A DNA stretch of 64,000 nucleotides from a virus (IMGVR_UViG_3300028048_000061:32001-96000), one strand, 5' to 3'. Shown: positions 18,000 to 30,357, numbered from the stretch's first letter. Notes: generated by a model not told the origin, from the sequence alone. Translations and numbers: made by a program.

Positions 18000-20261
18000 A
18001 TGGGACGTTTTGACAATTATAATTACGAAATTAATAAAAGACTGCCAGAGTATTGGAATCAAGACGTTTTCTTAACCCCTATTGAACGATTTTCAGCAAT
18101 ATTAATGAGAGATACAGTACAACGCTTTATGGAAAAGATAACTGTATTACAACCATTTATGGTTTGGAAAACCCTTCCCGAAGAATATAATTGGGAATAC
18201 GGGTTTGAAGACTTCGATTTAAGATTAGCAAATAATGAAGAGAATGCCAATTCCAATCAAACATTACAATTATCCCCTAATAATCACATTGTAGCTCAAT
18301 TACCTTTGACAAAAAGAGATGTACACGCATATATTGTCATAGATTTGAGTTCAATGTCTTTTTCTGATGTCACAGAGTTTACCAAAATCGAGGAACTTAT
18401 AGTCAAGAATGCTGGGCAAACACTTAAAATTAAAAATATTGATTCTAAAACAGTTATCGAAATCAATACAAGAGAACAGTCTATTTTGATAAATGATATC
18501 GAACCAAAAGTCGACCAAATTGAAGGCTCATTGGATATCATAAAAAGAAGCCCACGAGAAGACCCAAGCTTAATTGATGACCCATTGGATATCAATGAGG
18601 TCTGTGAAGTTGAAATCTACTTGCCAAATGGTGAATCTGCATATTGTGACCTATACATAGAGCTTTTGAATCCCGTTTATGTAACAGAACAAAATATTCG
18701 TATTCACACATTAAGCGCATTTCCAATAGAATACGTAAGATTATATGGTTATATGTGCCACCAATTTAATAATAAACACCAATGGGTGTATCTTTGGGAA
18801 AAAACATACGCATATAACGATAGAATCATATATGACCGAGTGACAAAGCAGTATGATTGTGAAATCTTTTATATAGAAATTAAGCTATATGGACTTCCAG
18901 CTCCTATGTATGTTGGATTCCCAGCGAGTAAAGTTGATTCAGTTGATGGAATATTCACATTGAATGATAATTTAGATTATTGGGGAGAAATCTTTCATAT
19001 GCCACGACGGGAATACAAAACGGATATTCTTGAAGATGAAGAAAGATATTGTTTCCCTAAATATTATGCTTACCCAATTGAACAAGATTATCCTTACGAA
19101 CAGAGAATAATCAACGAATACAAATACAATGAGGATTGGCAAGATTACATTAGCATTATGGATACGGAGGGCAATGATATAGCATTAGTAAAATGCAAAG
19201 ACCCTTACATAGAGAATTTATATATGTATACAGAAACCATATTGCCAACTGATGCTTTAAATTCAAAAACAACATACTTGCCTTTATGTGTGCGACAAGA
19301 AGAGAACGGCACATGGGAAAACCCTGACAACTTACGATATGACTCAAAATCATTTAGTATCACCACATTAAAAAATCGAAATGAGGAAAATATAACAGAA
19401 AAATCATATCAATCAAGCATATTGACATTGTGTTTTGATTTAGAGAGCTTGCCAGAAAATTGCAAGGTCAGAGGTATGGAACTTAAATTTAAGGGTGTTT
19501 CAAATACTCACGCCGATAATATTTATATTGATGATAGGAGTTTTTTAAGATACACAAAGAAAACGTTAGAGGATGGCACAGGAAATCACTACTGGCAAAA
19601 AGTAAGCGTGCCATTGTCAAGCTACTTTGACCATTGGAGCCCAGACAACGCGTCATATGTGTTAGGCGATTCAGAATCAATTTTTGGATTGGATGAAATC
19701 ATTGATAAGGATTCCATTGAAAAGGGAGTTTATGAAAATGGATTATATCAAGCAAATCAAATTAGATTTGACATAGGATTTTCTAATACAAGTGATTATC
19801 TTGACTTGATTATTAAATTATTCAATATTCAGCTTACTGTTTATTTTGATGTGATTAAGGAAGACATCAAAATGAATGTGGATATTCCAAATAAAATCAT
19901 TACATATGGAGAGGAGGAATCATCCGTTATAGACGTCAACGTTACATTCAAAAACAATGGAGAGATGAAGGTCATTGATTATAATAGCTTTATTATCCTT
20001 CCTTCAGAGCTATGTTTTGCAGATAGCGAAAAAACAATTGATGACTTTAAATTGGGTAATTTATCTACACTTAATTATATTACAGATAATCGAGAATTTA
20101 ACATATTGAATATTGATGAAGAGTGGACAAAGACAATACAGGTTAAAGCAGCTAAAAATGATTCTAATTTCAAATCTGGAAGATATGATATCTTATTTGT
20201 TTCTGGAGATAAAATAATAATAGAAGAGGTATATGTATATGACGAAAATAGCGTTAACTAG
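18000..20261 (+). CDS. Large baseplate wedge protein (P2 gpI-like core with inserted domains)
   Basis: RLPEYW at the N-terminus and LDYWGEIFHMPRR motif; follows J and gp25. Confidence 0.45.
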   Translation: MGRFDNYNYEINKRLPEYWNQDVFLTPIERFSAILMRDTVQRFMEKITVLQPFMVWKTLPEEYNWEYGFEDFDLRLANNEENANSNQTLQLSPNNHIVAQLPLTKRDVHAYIVIDLSSMSFSDVTEFTKIEELIVKNAGQTLKIKNIDSKTVIEINTREQSILINDIEPKVDQIEGSLDIIKRSPREDPSLIDDPLDINEVCEVEIYLPNGESAYCDLYIELLNPVYVTEQNIRIHTLSAFPIEYVRLYGYMCHQFNNKHQWVYLWEKTYAYNDRIIYDRVTKQYDCEIFYIEIKLYGLPAPMYVGFPASKVDSVDGIFTLNDNLDYWGEIFHMPRREYKTDILEDEERYCFPKYYAYPIEQDYPYEQRIINEYKYNEDWQDYISIMDTEGNDIALVKCKDPYIENLYMYTETILPTDALNSKTTYLPLCVRQEENGTWENPDNLRYDSKSFSITTLKNRNEENITEKSYQSSILTLCFDLESLPENCKVRGMELKFKGVSNTHADNIYIDDRSFLRYTKKTLEDGTGNHYWQKVSVPLSSYFDHWSPDNASYVLGDSESIFGLDEIIDKDSIEKGVYENGLYQANQIRFDIGFSNTSDYLDLIIKLFNIQLTVYFDVIKEDIKMNVDIPNKIITYGEEESSVIDVNVTFKNNGEMKVIDYNSFIILPSELCFADSEKTIDDFKLGNLSTLNYITDNREFNILNIDEEWTKTIQVKAAKNDSNFKSGRYDILFVSGDKIIIEEVYVYDENSVN

Positions 20262-21285
20262 CGATTTAAAACAATTAGCGTTACAGCAATATCATCCTTT
20301 TGTTAACATTGAGCTATGGAGTTTAGAGCAAGAGGAATATGATAATGAGCATAGAAACGACGAGGAGGACAATATTGTTGTAAATGATACAGTCAATATC
20401 AAAATTCTAAATAAAGATATAGAAGAATTACTTCGCCAAGATGGATATGGAGCCAATAACTGGTCACCACTATCAGTATATCAAAAGTATACCTCAAATT
20501 CTGACTTTACGAATATTATATTCACCCCATTTGATTCAAAAACAGATTCTCCTATTACAGATATCATTATCCCATCAGAATACTACAATGGAGTGTTTTA
20601 TCTCGAAATGCCTCGCTTTTATAGAATAATCTCTATGCATTTGCTTACAAATTATTATGATGCAAGCGATGATGTTGTCCTTTTTCACACAGAAAATATC
20701 ATTGACTATGTAAAGAAAAATCCGACGTCTTGGATAGCAAAGGTCAGTCAAGAAGACAAAGATATGGACGAGATTAGCATTGTAGCAGACAATGAAGTTG
20801 GTCGATATCTTATACCGTTGCCACAACATCTTCGAAAAATCCCTTCCATTGAAATAGATGCCTTTTATCAATATACAGACGAACATGGTATAGATAAAAA
20901 TCAAATTGGAATTATTGATACATCCATTAGAGGATATAAACAAAGAGATGGAACAGATGATACGGACAAGGAATATGAAGACCAAAGAACCCTTATCAAC
21001 ACCAATGACGATGTATATAAAACCGTAACGAGTGTTGAGAGAGACCCAAGTCAAAACAATATTCAACAAGATGAGTATTTTACATATACACCATCAAACA
21101 ACAAGTTTGCAACAGAACTTACAGAGCCGAATCAGATTTATGAAACAACAGTTAAATATTCAAATGATAATATATATATCGAAAAATACAATTATCGAGG
21201 CGAAAATGATTCTATTAATAGAGTTAATGAATTAACGACAAATGGACATTATAATTACATATTCACGGAATGGGAAGAAGAATAG
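20233..21285 (+). CDS. Virion structural protein (unknown)
   Basis: Acidic, in the structural operon, overlaps the upstream gene. Confidence 0.4.
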   Translation: MYMTKIALTSDLKQLALQQYHPFVNIELWSLEQEEYDNEHRNDEEDNIVVNDTVNIKILNKDIEELLRQDGYGANNWSPLSVYQKYTSNSDFTNIIFTPFDSKTDSPITDIIIPSEYYNGVFYLEMPRFYRIISMHLLTNYYDASDDVVLFHTENIIDYVKKNPTSWIAKVSQEDKDMDEISIVADNEVGRYLIPLPQHLRKIPSIEIDAFYQYTDEHGIDKNQIGIIDTSIRGYKQRDGTDDTDKEYEDQRTLINTNDDVYKTVTSVERDPSQNNIQQDEYFTYTPSNNKFATELTEPNQIYETTVKYSNDNIYIEKYNYRGENDSINRVNELTTNGHYNYIFTEWEEE

Positions 21286-21298
21286 AGGTGTTAAGTAA

Positions 21299-24200
21299 AT
21301 GTCTAAAACAAGCATACAAGCAACAAAAATTACACAGCCACTTGCAGGAAAAAGGATACAAAACTCAAAAGGGAAAAACATAAAATCCCCAAGCATTTGC
21401 AGAGATGGTGACGCAAACCCATCATATCATCCGTGGGAAATTGGAACATTAAATAATTTTATCAAAGGAAAAGGAATACAATGTGGCCGAAAATCAACAT
21501 ATTTGTGTAATCTTAAAACTGTGCGATGGATTAAAGGATATAGAAACACTTGTCCACTTGCTGGATGCTGCGGAACATTCAATAGGCCAGCTCCATTGAT
21601 ATTAAGCAAGTTTAATTTTTCACAAAAGAACATTACAAAAAAAATTAAAATATCTGATGTGAAAATCTCTTACAAGCATCACGCAACCGGTGTGGATGTT
21701 GGAGTGGGCTCTGGGTCCGAAAAGAAAAATTGGACTGGATATTTTCCTTATGTAGACATTATTTTATACAAAAATTCAGATAAAATACAGACCATTCGTC
21801 ACAACAAAGCTGTTCCTTTGGCAAAAGATTCCACGGTAAGCGTTGCTTTTACTAAAGATATAACACCTTTTGACCCATCAAAAGACGACCTTAGAATTGA
21901 AATCAATTATTCTGCAAATGGAGCAGGAAAATATTATACAAAAGCAACGAATCCAGCCATCATTTATGCAAAAGACCTCAAGGTTGATATGACATATGAA
22001 TTTTTAGAAGAGCCAAAAATTCAATCAATATCAGTAACATCATCAAAGAGCACTTTAATAACTGACCCAAGAAATCCTAAAAACACGGCTGGAGACCAAA
22101 ATTGTCGAGATACAATTGTTCATACTCTTACATATGAAAATACAACAGCATCTGATATTATTGTAACTGTTCCAAAAGGAGTAATATATTCAAAGAAAAA
22201 TCAAGCATCAGAGAACAAAATTGTATATACGTATCAAGACACATCTGGAGTCATTGGAACGAAATCAATAACATACACACTTGATTCAAATAAGAAAAAA
22301 CAAATAACAAGAAAATATACTGCAAAAGCATATACAAAACCAACGGTACAAATTCATACAGAATACACAAAAAACCAAAAATATAATAATCAAAATTTTG
22401 TTTCCATATCAGGAACTTGTTGGAATAATATAGCGATTTATGTCGATGGAGACAAAAAGAAATTAATTGAGTGGGAAAACAACAATATTAATCAAGCAGA
22501 CTTTTTAAGAGAGATAAATAAGCTATCTTGTGGATATCACGACCTTAATGTACATATTGACGATGTCTTTCATAAAACATTTCGCATTTATATTAAGGCT
22601 CCTCAAATCATATTTGAATCTGATTTAAAAGGAGAATATATTCAAGATAAAACACAAGAAATTACCGTTAGCATAAAGCGAGTTGATAATAGCTTATTAG
22701 AAATGTTTGATGCTGAACAAGAAGAATTTATAGAAAAGCCTATTTACGTAACAATCATTGATACAGCAAATAAAGAAGTTCCCCCACAAGAAATACCATT
22801 TTATCCTGAAACCTCATATGAACACACTATCAATATGCAAGAAGCGGGTATTTTTGAATTAAAATATTCTTATAATAATGGATGCGGAGATGTAGACAAA
22901 ACCTTTGGAGAATATGTTATTACTCCACCACATAGCCAATCTTATGACAATCTTTTAATTCGAGGCGAAGATACAGACGTCAAATATGAATCAATAGTCA
23001 TTAGAAGAGGAGATAATCAGAAAAAGCCAGTTACATATGTAGATGTTGAAATGAGAGACTCAATGTCTGATTTTGTCTTGTTCGGAAAAGATGGACGCTG
23101 TGCATTAGGAGAATTAGGATATGGTATTTTAGCCATCAAGAATGTGAGCCAGCATAAAATTCATAATTTGTGTATAGAACTCAATCCTTTAATTGAATCA
23201 GACATAGATGACGGAGAAGAATATAATCCATTAGTTATGGAATGGCAAACAGGTATGTTACAAAATTTTGTCAAGAATTTTAACATTCTAAATCCAGCAT
23301 TTAAAGACATAGTAGAAATCTATAATATTCAAAACAAAGACTTAATCAACGAAGGAACAGAAAATGTAGTTTTGTGTATCAAGGAAATCAAGTCAAGCTC
23401 TGAAGAAAACAATATTATCGAACTCAAGATTCCTTTCTCATATTCATATGAAAAAGAAATCTATATGAACTTTTTAATATTAGGGGAACCAAATGATTTC
23501 GTTGATTTAGATGACAGAACAAATGGAATATATTCCAATGAAGAGTTTTATCATAAAGACAATTACGGAGATATAAACCTTTTTGCATCTCATACATTAA
23601 AACAAGAAACACGAGGATGTATGTGTATCTCATTAAAAACAATTGACTTGCTATCAACAGAATTATCAATTACTGGAGATGACCTTGATAGAAATGATAT
23701 CGAAAATCCTGATGACTTGGATATAAAATACACAATCAACATTTCAGAGGAAGACTGCGACGAGAACGGTGCAGATATCTTTGTTGATACGGAAATTGTC
23801 AATGATGCTCGGCTAATCCCAACGGGATATCAAATAGGCGATGGAGAAAAACAAAATATTGATTTAGGCGATGGCTTTATTCAAGAGACAATGTCTGACG
23901 GCAATGGAAATTTCATAGGCACAATCAATTTCAACAGAGGATTTACGCAAGTGGAAAATGGATTGCCGGGACAAAACGTGTTCTTGCGTTATCTTGACAG
24001 AAATAGCCAAGTTCAATTCATAAGAGCAACCACAAACAAAAACGGAATTGCTAAATTTGAATATACAATTCCAGATTATTATCAAGATAACGACGATGAA
24101 GATTCGGGTCCAACAGTCGATACAAAAGAAAAATATTATTTAACTGATATTTTAAAAACGATTGATATCTTCTATAAGGGCGATTCATTTAGAAAATCAG

Positions 24201-25963
24201 CTTTATTAGGAAATGAAGAACATTATCAATCAATACAGACAGAAATCGATATTTGGGGAATTGTTTATCAGCAAGATAATCAAGACATATTCGTAAGAAA
24301 AGATGACTACTCTGCTATAAGCAGACTAAATGTTAATGAATTTTCAATAGTCGGTCAATTACGAGAAAAAGACTCTCAAAGAGGAATAAACAATCAAATA
24401 GTTAAATATAATTATCCATATATTGTTATTAGTGAAAACGAGGACAAGATTTCTCAATCAAATACTACAACAACAAACAAAACATTGTTGTATGGAGAGG
24501 AGAAACTAGATTTAGACGGATTCTTTAAAATCTCTTTTGCTTCTGAACAAAATTTCAATATTCAACAAATGTTAAATAATGGATATATAGCTTATAATGG
24601 CGATTTGACTTATGGAAAAACAAATTCAAATGCTAACACAACATTATCTGATGATACAAACAAGAAAGAGTCACGTTTATCATTTATTAATGATTATGGA
24701 TTATATCGAAGAGGAGAAACCGTAAACATTGTTGTTCAGTTGACAGGACAAGATGAAAAATTTATTAACACAATAGATATTCATCACCAAATCAAACAAT
24801 GCTGCCAAAGAATTCATATATTCTATACTACCTGTTCTGAGCATAATACCGAAGGATTTAAAACAATTTTCAAAACAACCTCCGATAATGTCATTCCTAA
24901 TCAGATAGAGCAATTAATCTATTGTGGCGTTGAAACGGACCTTCGAGTTTTAGCAAGACTTCAAAAAAGAATTATTGAAAAACACAATGTCAATGTCTTA
25001 ACAATCAATGCAATAAACGGCTACAAGCCAAACAAAAATGTTCTTATCAAAGCGCTGATTGGTCCAAATCCTGACAAAAAACGATTAGGAGATTATTTAG
25101 CGTTAAGCGCCGTTGATATTGATAAGGAAAAGTATTCATACGACCAAAGCTCCGACATCATTTATTGGCAAATCGGCGATATGAATAGCTATGAAACTCA
25201 AATATGCAACATATTATTAGAGGGAGAAGAAATAGGAGACAATACAATATATGTCTGCGGATTTGATTATCTTCAAGAAGATGTTGCAAAAACAGTTACT
25301 ACACAATTAACTTTGGAAAAAGCTAATGAGAAAGATAAGTATTATGTTGGAGACACGGTAGAATATCACGCATTCCTCAAGCAAATAGATGAAAATGACC
25401 AACCAGTCAAAGATGTATTCGGACAAATATACTTTGACATAGAAAATGAAGATATTCAAAATGCACATCACAAGACTCAAGCACAAGCAGAAATATTAAC
25501 ATTTGAGGGGCAACATTACGCAATTGGACACGCGAGACTCATATCGGAATCTCCTACGAGCATAACAGCAAAATATGATGGAGGAAAAATGATATCAACC
25601 ACATATGAGCCAAGCATATCTAACACTCTCACCTATGATAATGTTTATAAATATGACACAGTTGTAGAACTACATTCTGAACAAGAGCAATTTGTCGTTA
25701 ATCAAAATATTCAAATTGCCGCATCTGTATTCTACAACAATGGACAAGATAAATACTTTAGTCAAGACCTCAATATCAAATTCATTGTTGAAAATCAAGA
25801 GATTAATAATGTCTTATATTCAGATAATGATTATATCATCAACTTTGCTGTAACAGTTCCGGGTGAATATATGATTAGAGTTTTCATTCCAGAAACAAAT
25901 AAAACGCAGGAATCTTCTAATATGATGAAAATAAACGTAAGCGGTGAAAATAATGAGCAATGA
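21299..25963 (+). CDS. Giant virion protein (1554 aa) with Ig-like/DUF11-like domains
   Basis: Ig-like motif (ATTNKNGIAKFEY) and DUF11-like motif (IIYWQIGDMNSYET); Cys-rich N-terminus. Confidence 0.5.
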   Translation: MSKTSIQATKITQPLAGKRIQNSKGKNIKSPSICRDGDANPSYHPWEIGTLNNFIKGKGIQCGRKSTYLCNLKTVRWIKGYRNTCPLAGCCGTFNRPAPLILSKFNFSQKNITKKIKISDVKISYKHHATGVDVGVGSGSEKKNWTGYFPYVDIILYKNSDKIQTIRHNKAVPLAKDSTVSVAFTKDITPFDPSKDDLRIEINYSANGAGKYYTKATNPAIIYAKDLKVDMTYEFLEEPKIQSISVTSSKSTLITDPRNPKNTAGDQNCRDTIVHTLTYENTTASDIIVTVPKGVIYSKKNQASENKIVYTYQDTSGVIGTKSITYTLDSNKKKQITRKYTAKAYTKPTVQIHTEYTKNQKYNNQNFVSISGTCWNNIAIYVDGDKKKLIEWENNNINQADFLREINKLSCGYHDLNVHIDDVFHKTFRIYIKAPQIIFESDLKGEYIQDKTQEITVSIKRVDNSLLEMFDAEQEEFIEKPIYVTIIDTANKEVPPQEIPFYPETSYEHTINMQEAGIFELKYSYNNGCGDVDKTFGEYVITPPHSQSYDNLLIRGEDTDVKYESIVIRRGDNQKKPVTYVDVEMRDSMSDFVLFGKDGRCALGELGYGILAIKNVSQHKIHNLCIELNPLIESDIDDGEEYNPLVMEWQTGMLQNFVKNFNILNPAFKDIVEIYNIQNKDLINEGTENVVLCIKEIKSSSEENNIIELKIPFSYSYEKEIYMNFLILGEPNDFVDLDDRTNGIYSNEEFYHKDNYGDINLFASHTLKQETRGCMCISLKTIDLLSTELSITGDDLDRNDIENPDDLDIKYTINISEEDCDENGADIFVDTEIVNDARLIPTGYQIGDGEKQNIDLGDGFIQETMSDGNGNFIGTINFNRGFTQVENGLPGQNVFLRYLDRNSQVQFIRATTNKNGIAKFEYTIPDYYQDNDDEDSGPTVDTKEKYYLTDILKTIDIFYKGDSFRKSALLGNEEHYQSIQTEIDIWGIVYQQDNQDIFVRKDDYSAISRLNVNEFSIVGQLREKDSQRGINNQIVKYNYPYIVISENEDKISQSNTTTTNKTLLYGEEKLDLDGFFKISFASEQNFNIQQMLNNGYIAYNGDLTYGKTNSNANTTLSDDTNKKESRLSFINDYGLYRRGETVNIVVQLTGQDEKFINTIDIHHQIKQCCQRIHIFYTTCSEHNTEGFKTIFKTTSDNVIPNQIEQLIYCGVETDLRVLARLQKRIIEKHNVNVLTINAINGYKPNKNVLIKALIGPNPDKKRLGDYLALSAVDIDKEKYSYDQSSDIIYWQIGDMNSYETQICNILLEGEEIGDNTIYVCGFDYLQEDVAKTVTTQLTLEKANEKDKYYVGDTVEYHAFLKQIDENDQPVKDVFGQIYFDIENEDIQNAHHKTQAQAEILTFEGQHYAIGHARLISESPTSITAKYDGGKMISTTYEPSISNTLTYDNVYKYDTVVELHSEQEQFVVNQNIQIAASVFYNNGQDKYFSQDLNIKFIVENQEINNVLYSDNDYIINFAVTVPGEYMIRVFIPETNKTQESSNMMKINVSGENNEQ

Positions 25964-28900
25964 AGAGACCCCTAAAACAAATATAATAGATTTAAAATCA
26001 ACGATTATAAATCAAAAGAAAAAGCTATTCTTGCACGTTGTACAATCAAAAGATTTAGTTTGGCCTAATTCAACATATGATTATCAAGTATATGTGAAGA
26101 ATATTTCAGGTCAAGAAATTAAAAATCTTAAAATATATATTACAAATCCTAAAGAAGTTGTCATCGAAGAGAAAGGAGATACAACAACATATGAGATTCC
26201 TACCCTTAAATCTGGACAATCAGTATTGCTAAACATTAATGATTGTTTAATAATGCAAGAAGGATACTATTACGTTAATTTCATCGCAATGGGAGACGAA
26301 ACGGAAATCGCAACAAAATCATTAATGATAAAATGTGGGTTCGAAAATGATAATAAAAACATCTTGCATCGAATAGCGTTTTACAACTTTTCACCGTACG
26401 AAAATGCATATATGCAAAGAGCATCCGACTTCAATGAAAATGTAACACAATTAACCAAGATTCAAACAAAACCATTTGAGGCATACAATCAACCTTTCGA
26501 AATGGATACCTTAGAATTGGATTTATATGCTCAGGACGCCTTTCTCACAAACACCGATGATATGCCATCGATGTACTTAGGAAGAGAAAATTGGGAGTCT
26601 AATTTAGAAGAAGGTTTTGTCGGCCAAAGCTTATTAAATCTTATACAAAAAATCAATAAAGAGTCTAATCTTGTAGAAATAGACTATTTACGAGCTGGAA
26701 ACAATGAAATGTTTACAGACCTTCAACAAATCTTTCCAAATGGTTTTATACATCGTTTTGGTCTATTAAAATCTGAATTTTATAAGCTTTTGGGCGTTAT
26801 TCCTAATGTCTATTCAATAAATGATGATTTGTTTCGCTGGGCGAGAAGAGATGATGAACCGATTGTCTATCCAAAACGAGAAAACGACAAATGGAACCAA
26901 AAGCCTTGGTGCGGTACAGGATACTATGTATATGAGTCAAAAATAGAAAATGAAAAAAGGATTTATACAATAGAAAAAGCTATCTTTACAAAAAAAGAAG
27001 ATGCAGAGTTTTATGTAAACAACCTTAATACCTTTAATTCATTGCATTTCATAGAAGACATCATATATGAAATCAAAAAACGAGATTGGTTACCGGGAAT
27101 TTTCTATGTAGAAATTCCATTGCGTGATATTCCTGCAAACTTTTATATTCCTGATATAGACCAAATTCAAGCAGTTATAGAATTAGTAAAACCCTATGGG
27201 CTTAAAGGATACCCTCGTTTTGTTGTAAACAATGAATTTATGCATACAATGACCTTTTCAGCCATTCCAAACATTGCACCATATATCAACATTGATTTGG
27301 GAGAAGATGATACGTTTATAGATTACCATATTAGGCAAAGAAGATATCAACAGCTTGAAAATGGTCCTATAGAATTACTTGAATATGGATTGCAAGCCGA
27401 TAAAATTAGCTTTCCATCATCACTTGCTAGCTTTTTCAGCTATGCCCCAAAGCCAAGCATTTTTGAAAATTTTATGCAAAAAATCAAGTATTTTATAGAC
27501 AATAATGAAGTATTTGTTCATATTTATTCTCTTGGATTAGCAGAAAAACTACAAGGATTGGGAATCCCAACTATTCGTAGTACAGCAGAAAATTTATTCG
27601 CTCTTATCAATGACGACAATATGAAGATTGATGGAATTTACTTAAATCCAGACTTAAATATTATAGATGAGGACGAAGAGGAAATAGAAACCTATCAAGA
27701 GCAAAAAATTTATTTACAAGATATACTTGACAATATTATATCCTTACCAGAGGAATTTCTTATTGTTGTTGGTTCTCAACAAAATCCAGATGACCAATAC
27801 AATATTTTAAATATGACTGAAGAATTCGATATATCTTGTAATTCTCAAAAGAGCTTTGACGGCCGAGTTCTCAACAATAATTCAATTAACGAATTAGTAA
27901 TGAAAAATCCAGAGGATATTAGTTTTTACGTAAAAGATTATTATATTGATAATAACTATAACTTTGAAGCAAAAAATATCGTCATTCCGTTAAAATATAA
28001 GACATTAGATTATTATGATGACGAAACAAGTGTTAACATCGATTTCGACGACATCAATGCAAAAAATAGACCAGAACCATCTGTCATCAAATTATCAAAA
28101 CAAGCGTTACCACAACACGTGAATGTTAATTTAGTCTTGTCAAATGTTACAAGAACTCAAGATTTCATTATTTCTTATAAATTATTATATGATGACGTAT
28201 ACCAAATCAGTTATAAAACACGTAAAAAATCAGAGATTATTGTTAAAGAGATTGTTACTAAATTTGATTATATCTTATGTGAAATAAATAGCATTTCCTT
28301 AAGCACAGATTTGATTAAAATATATTATAAGTCAGAAGACAAGATAAACTTTATGACTGCATTCACCACCAGTTTATTGAGAGACAATGGATATCCTGTT
28401 CGCGTTGCCCTTACAAATGACTTAACCTTATCTGAAAGATTTGAGTTCAATACAAAAGGAAATCTATTCTTTGGAAGAGCATCGCTTCCAACCATTAGAG
28501 ATGATGAGCTCCAATATCCGAGCTGGTATCTATCAAATAAACCATACTCAAGCATTATTAGTACAGATAATTATCAAATAAAAGAAGTGCCACGACAAAA
28601 TATCGCCTCTTGGACAAATCTATATAGGGTAAACAAAGACGAAACAAGCTTCGCATTATTTGAAAATAATGCTAATGAGAAAGTTCAAATTAATGATATC
28701 GAATTATTCTTGACAGAATTGAATATTCCAAGAAATAGTGTTATTGACAAAATTTTTATGACAGTATACGCAGATTCCAGAGAGAAAATGCTTATATATC
28801 CGTCATATCAGACAAATACAAACATTGTCAATCAAGACAATTTAATTTCAAGTATTTTTGATATCAAGTCCTACGAGATTTATATCAAAAACAATCAAAA

Positions 28901-30350
28901 ATATCTATATCAACAATTAGCATATTATATCGAAAAGGATAACGAGAAACAAATCGAGTACTACAAAGCATTAATTGATGCAAATAATCGACAAAATAGC
29001 GAAATTAATACTGACATATCTGAAGACAATCCGATGCATATCACCAATAATTTTTGGAATGAAGTTAGCTTTAAGAAAACAGAAAATTTACGAACATCAG
29101 AAACAAAATCAGTATATCTTATTTTAGAAGGATATAATGACTCCAATGATGTTGAGATTGAATCTCAATTAGTTTATTATGATGGAGTGGGAGACTCTAC
29201 AAAAACAACAATAAATGCTGGATACTTCTATCAAAAAATTCCAATTAATTTTGATGCAAAATACGATATTAGCGATTTAAGTCTTCGATTTAAGTTTAAT
29301 AATGTTCGTAGTCTTAATCTTTATAATGTTAAAGCCGAAATTATCTTTACTGAGGCTCAAAATATCGAAAGAGAAAGTACCGATGTCGAACCATTAACCA
29401 TTGACGGCTTAAATAAATATTCTTGTGTATTATGCGAAAATATTGACGGAGATAACGTAATTAATGGTTTAACCGTAAAATTAAGCTTTGATGAAATACA
29501 AAACTATCTTAAGCTTTATAGTGTTGTTATCAATATTGTATATCACGAAAAAGCATTTACAAATATTATAGAAACATCAAAAGACTTTAATGCGATATCT
29601 GCAACAGAAGTAAATGGCTTGTTCAGAGGAAATGTTTTTGATGAAAAAGTCTCTGATATGAGACAAGATAATTATACGACAACAAAACCAAATGGAGAAT
29701 ATGACGCTGGCTTTGAATTAGATAATCGCATTTACCAAGCATTTACCGCAGAAGAAGATAATATTACAAGTATCGAATTAAGACCAAATGGAAAAACGGG
29801 TTCTCCAGATAGATATTTGAAGATTGCAATATTAGATAATTATGAAAATCTTCCTAATAATGTTTTAAAAGAAGCGATTATTGATATGTCTAAAATAAAG
29901 CTTTCTGATGACGAGGCTTATAAATACAACATTTATGTAAACAATCTTATCGTTGGAAACACATACTGGTTTAGTATTGAGCCGTTGAATAAAGCAAAAC
30001 AAGGAGCTAGAAGATTCCTTTATAATAATTATCAAATTGGCGATTTTAAATTATTAAGCGTTCATAATGGTGATTTGATTAATCAGCACGCAAGTTTATA
30101 TTTCAGACTATACTCAAAACAAAATAACTATGCATTCAATAACGTTCCGTATCGGTTCACTATTGAAAATGATTATACAAAAGATATCAATTTAATAACT
30201 GAAATTCAAATATATGATGGATATATTCAAGACCTCACACAATCACTTTTCGAAGGGTGTCCTTTCGTTAACGAGGAATCAACAGATGATGACGAAGAAG
30301 CGCAACCAAGTGATGTATCTGACGAAGAAGATATTCCAGATGAACCTTGA
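25944..30350 (+). CDS. Giant baseplate-associated protein (1468 aa)
   Basis: N-terminal DUF11/CARDB-like region (VYVKN..IPTLKSGQS); IELVKPYG wedge-type motif; C-terminal beta-sandwich. Confidence 0.45.
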   Translation: MKIMSNEETPKTNIIDLKSTIINQKKKLFLHVVQSKDLVWPNSTYDYQVYVKNISGQEIKNLKIYITNPKEVVIEEKGDTTTYEIPTLKSGQSVLLNINDCLIMQEGYYYVNFIAMGDETEIATKSLMIKCGFENDNKNILHRIAFYNFSPYENAYMQRASDFNENVTQLTKIQTKPFEAYNQPFEMDTLELDLYAQDAFLTNTDDMPSMYLGRENWESNLEEGFVGQSLLNLIQKINKESNLVEIDYLRAGNNEMFTDLQQIFPNGFIHRFGLLKSEFYKLLGVIPNVYSINDDLFRWARRDDEPIVYPKRENDKWNQKPWCGTGYYVYESKIENEKRIYTIEKAIFTKKEDAEFYVNNLNTFNSLHFIEDIIYEIKKRDWLPGIFYVEIPLRDIPANFYIPDIDQIQAVIELVKPYGLKGYPRFVVNNEFMHTMTFSAIPNIAPYINIDLGEDDTFIDYHIRQRRYQQLENGPIELLEYGLQADKISFPSSLASFFSYAPKPSIFENFMQKIKYFIDNNEVFVHIYSLGLAEKLQGLGIPTIRSTAENLFALINDDNMKIDGIYLNPDLNIIDEDEEEIETYQEQKIYLQDILDNIISLPEEFLIVVGSQQNPDDQYNILNMTEEFDISCNSQKSFDGRVLNNNSINELVMKNPEDISFYVKDYYIDNNYNFEAKNIVIPLKYKTLDYYDDETSVNIDFDDINAKNRPEPSVIKLSKQALPQHVNVNLVLSNVTRTQDFIISYKLLYDDVYQISYKTRKKSEIIVKEIVTKFDYILCEINSISLSTDLIKIYYKSEDKINFMTAFTTSLLRDNGYPVRVALTNDLTLSERFEFNTKGNLFFGRASLPTIRDDELQYPSWYLSNKPYSSIISTDNYQIKEVPRQNIASWTNLYRVNKDETSFALFENNANEKVQINDIELFLTELNIPRNSVIDKIFMTVYADSREKMLIYPSYQTNTNIVNQDNLISSIFDIKSYEIYIKNNQKYLYQQLAYYIEKDNEKQIEYYKALIDANNRQNSEINTDISEDNPMHITNNFWNEVSFKKTENLRTSETKSVYLILEGYNDSNDVEIESQLVYYDGVGDSTKTTINAGYFYQKIPINFDAKYDISDLSLRFKFNNVRSLNLYNVKAEIIFTEAQNIERESTDVEPLTIDGLNKYSCVLCENIDGDNVINGLTVKLSFDEIQNYLKLYSVVINIVYHEKAFTNIIETSKDFNAISATEVNGLFRGNVFDEKVSDMRQDNYTTTKPNGEYDAGFELDNRIYQAFTAEEDNITSIELRPNGKTGSPDRYLKIAILDNYENLPNNVLKEAIIDMSKIKLSDDEAYKYNIYVNNLIVGNTYWFSIEPLNKAKQGARRFLYNNYQIGDFKLLSVHNGDLINQHASLYFRLYSKQNNYAFNNVPYRFTIENDYTKDINLITEIQIYDGYIQDLTQSLFEGCPFVNEESTDDDEEAQPSDVSDEEDIPDEP

Positions 30351-30357
30351 GTCAATG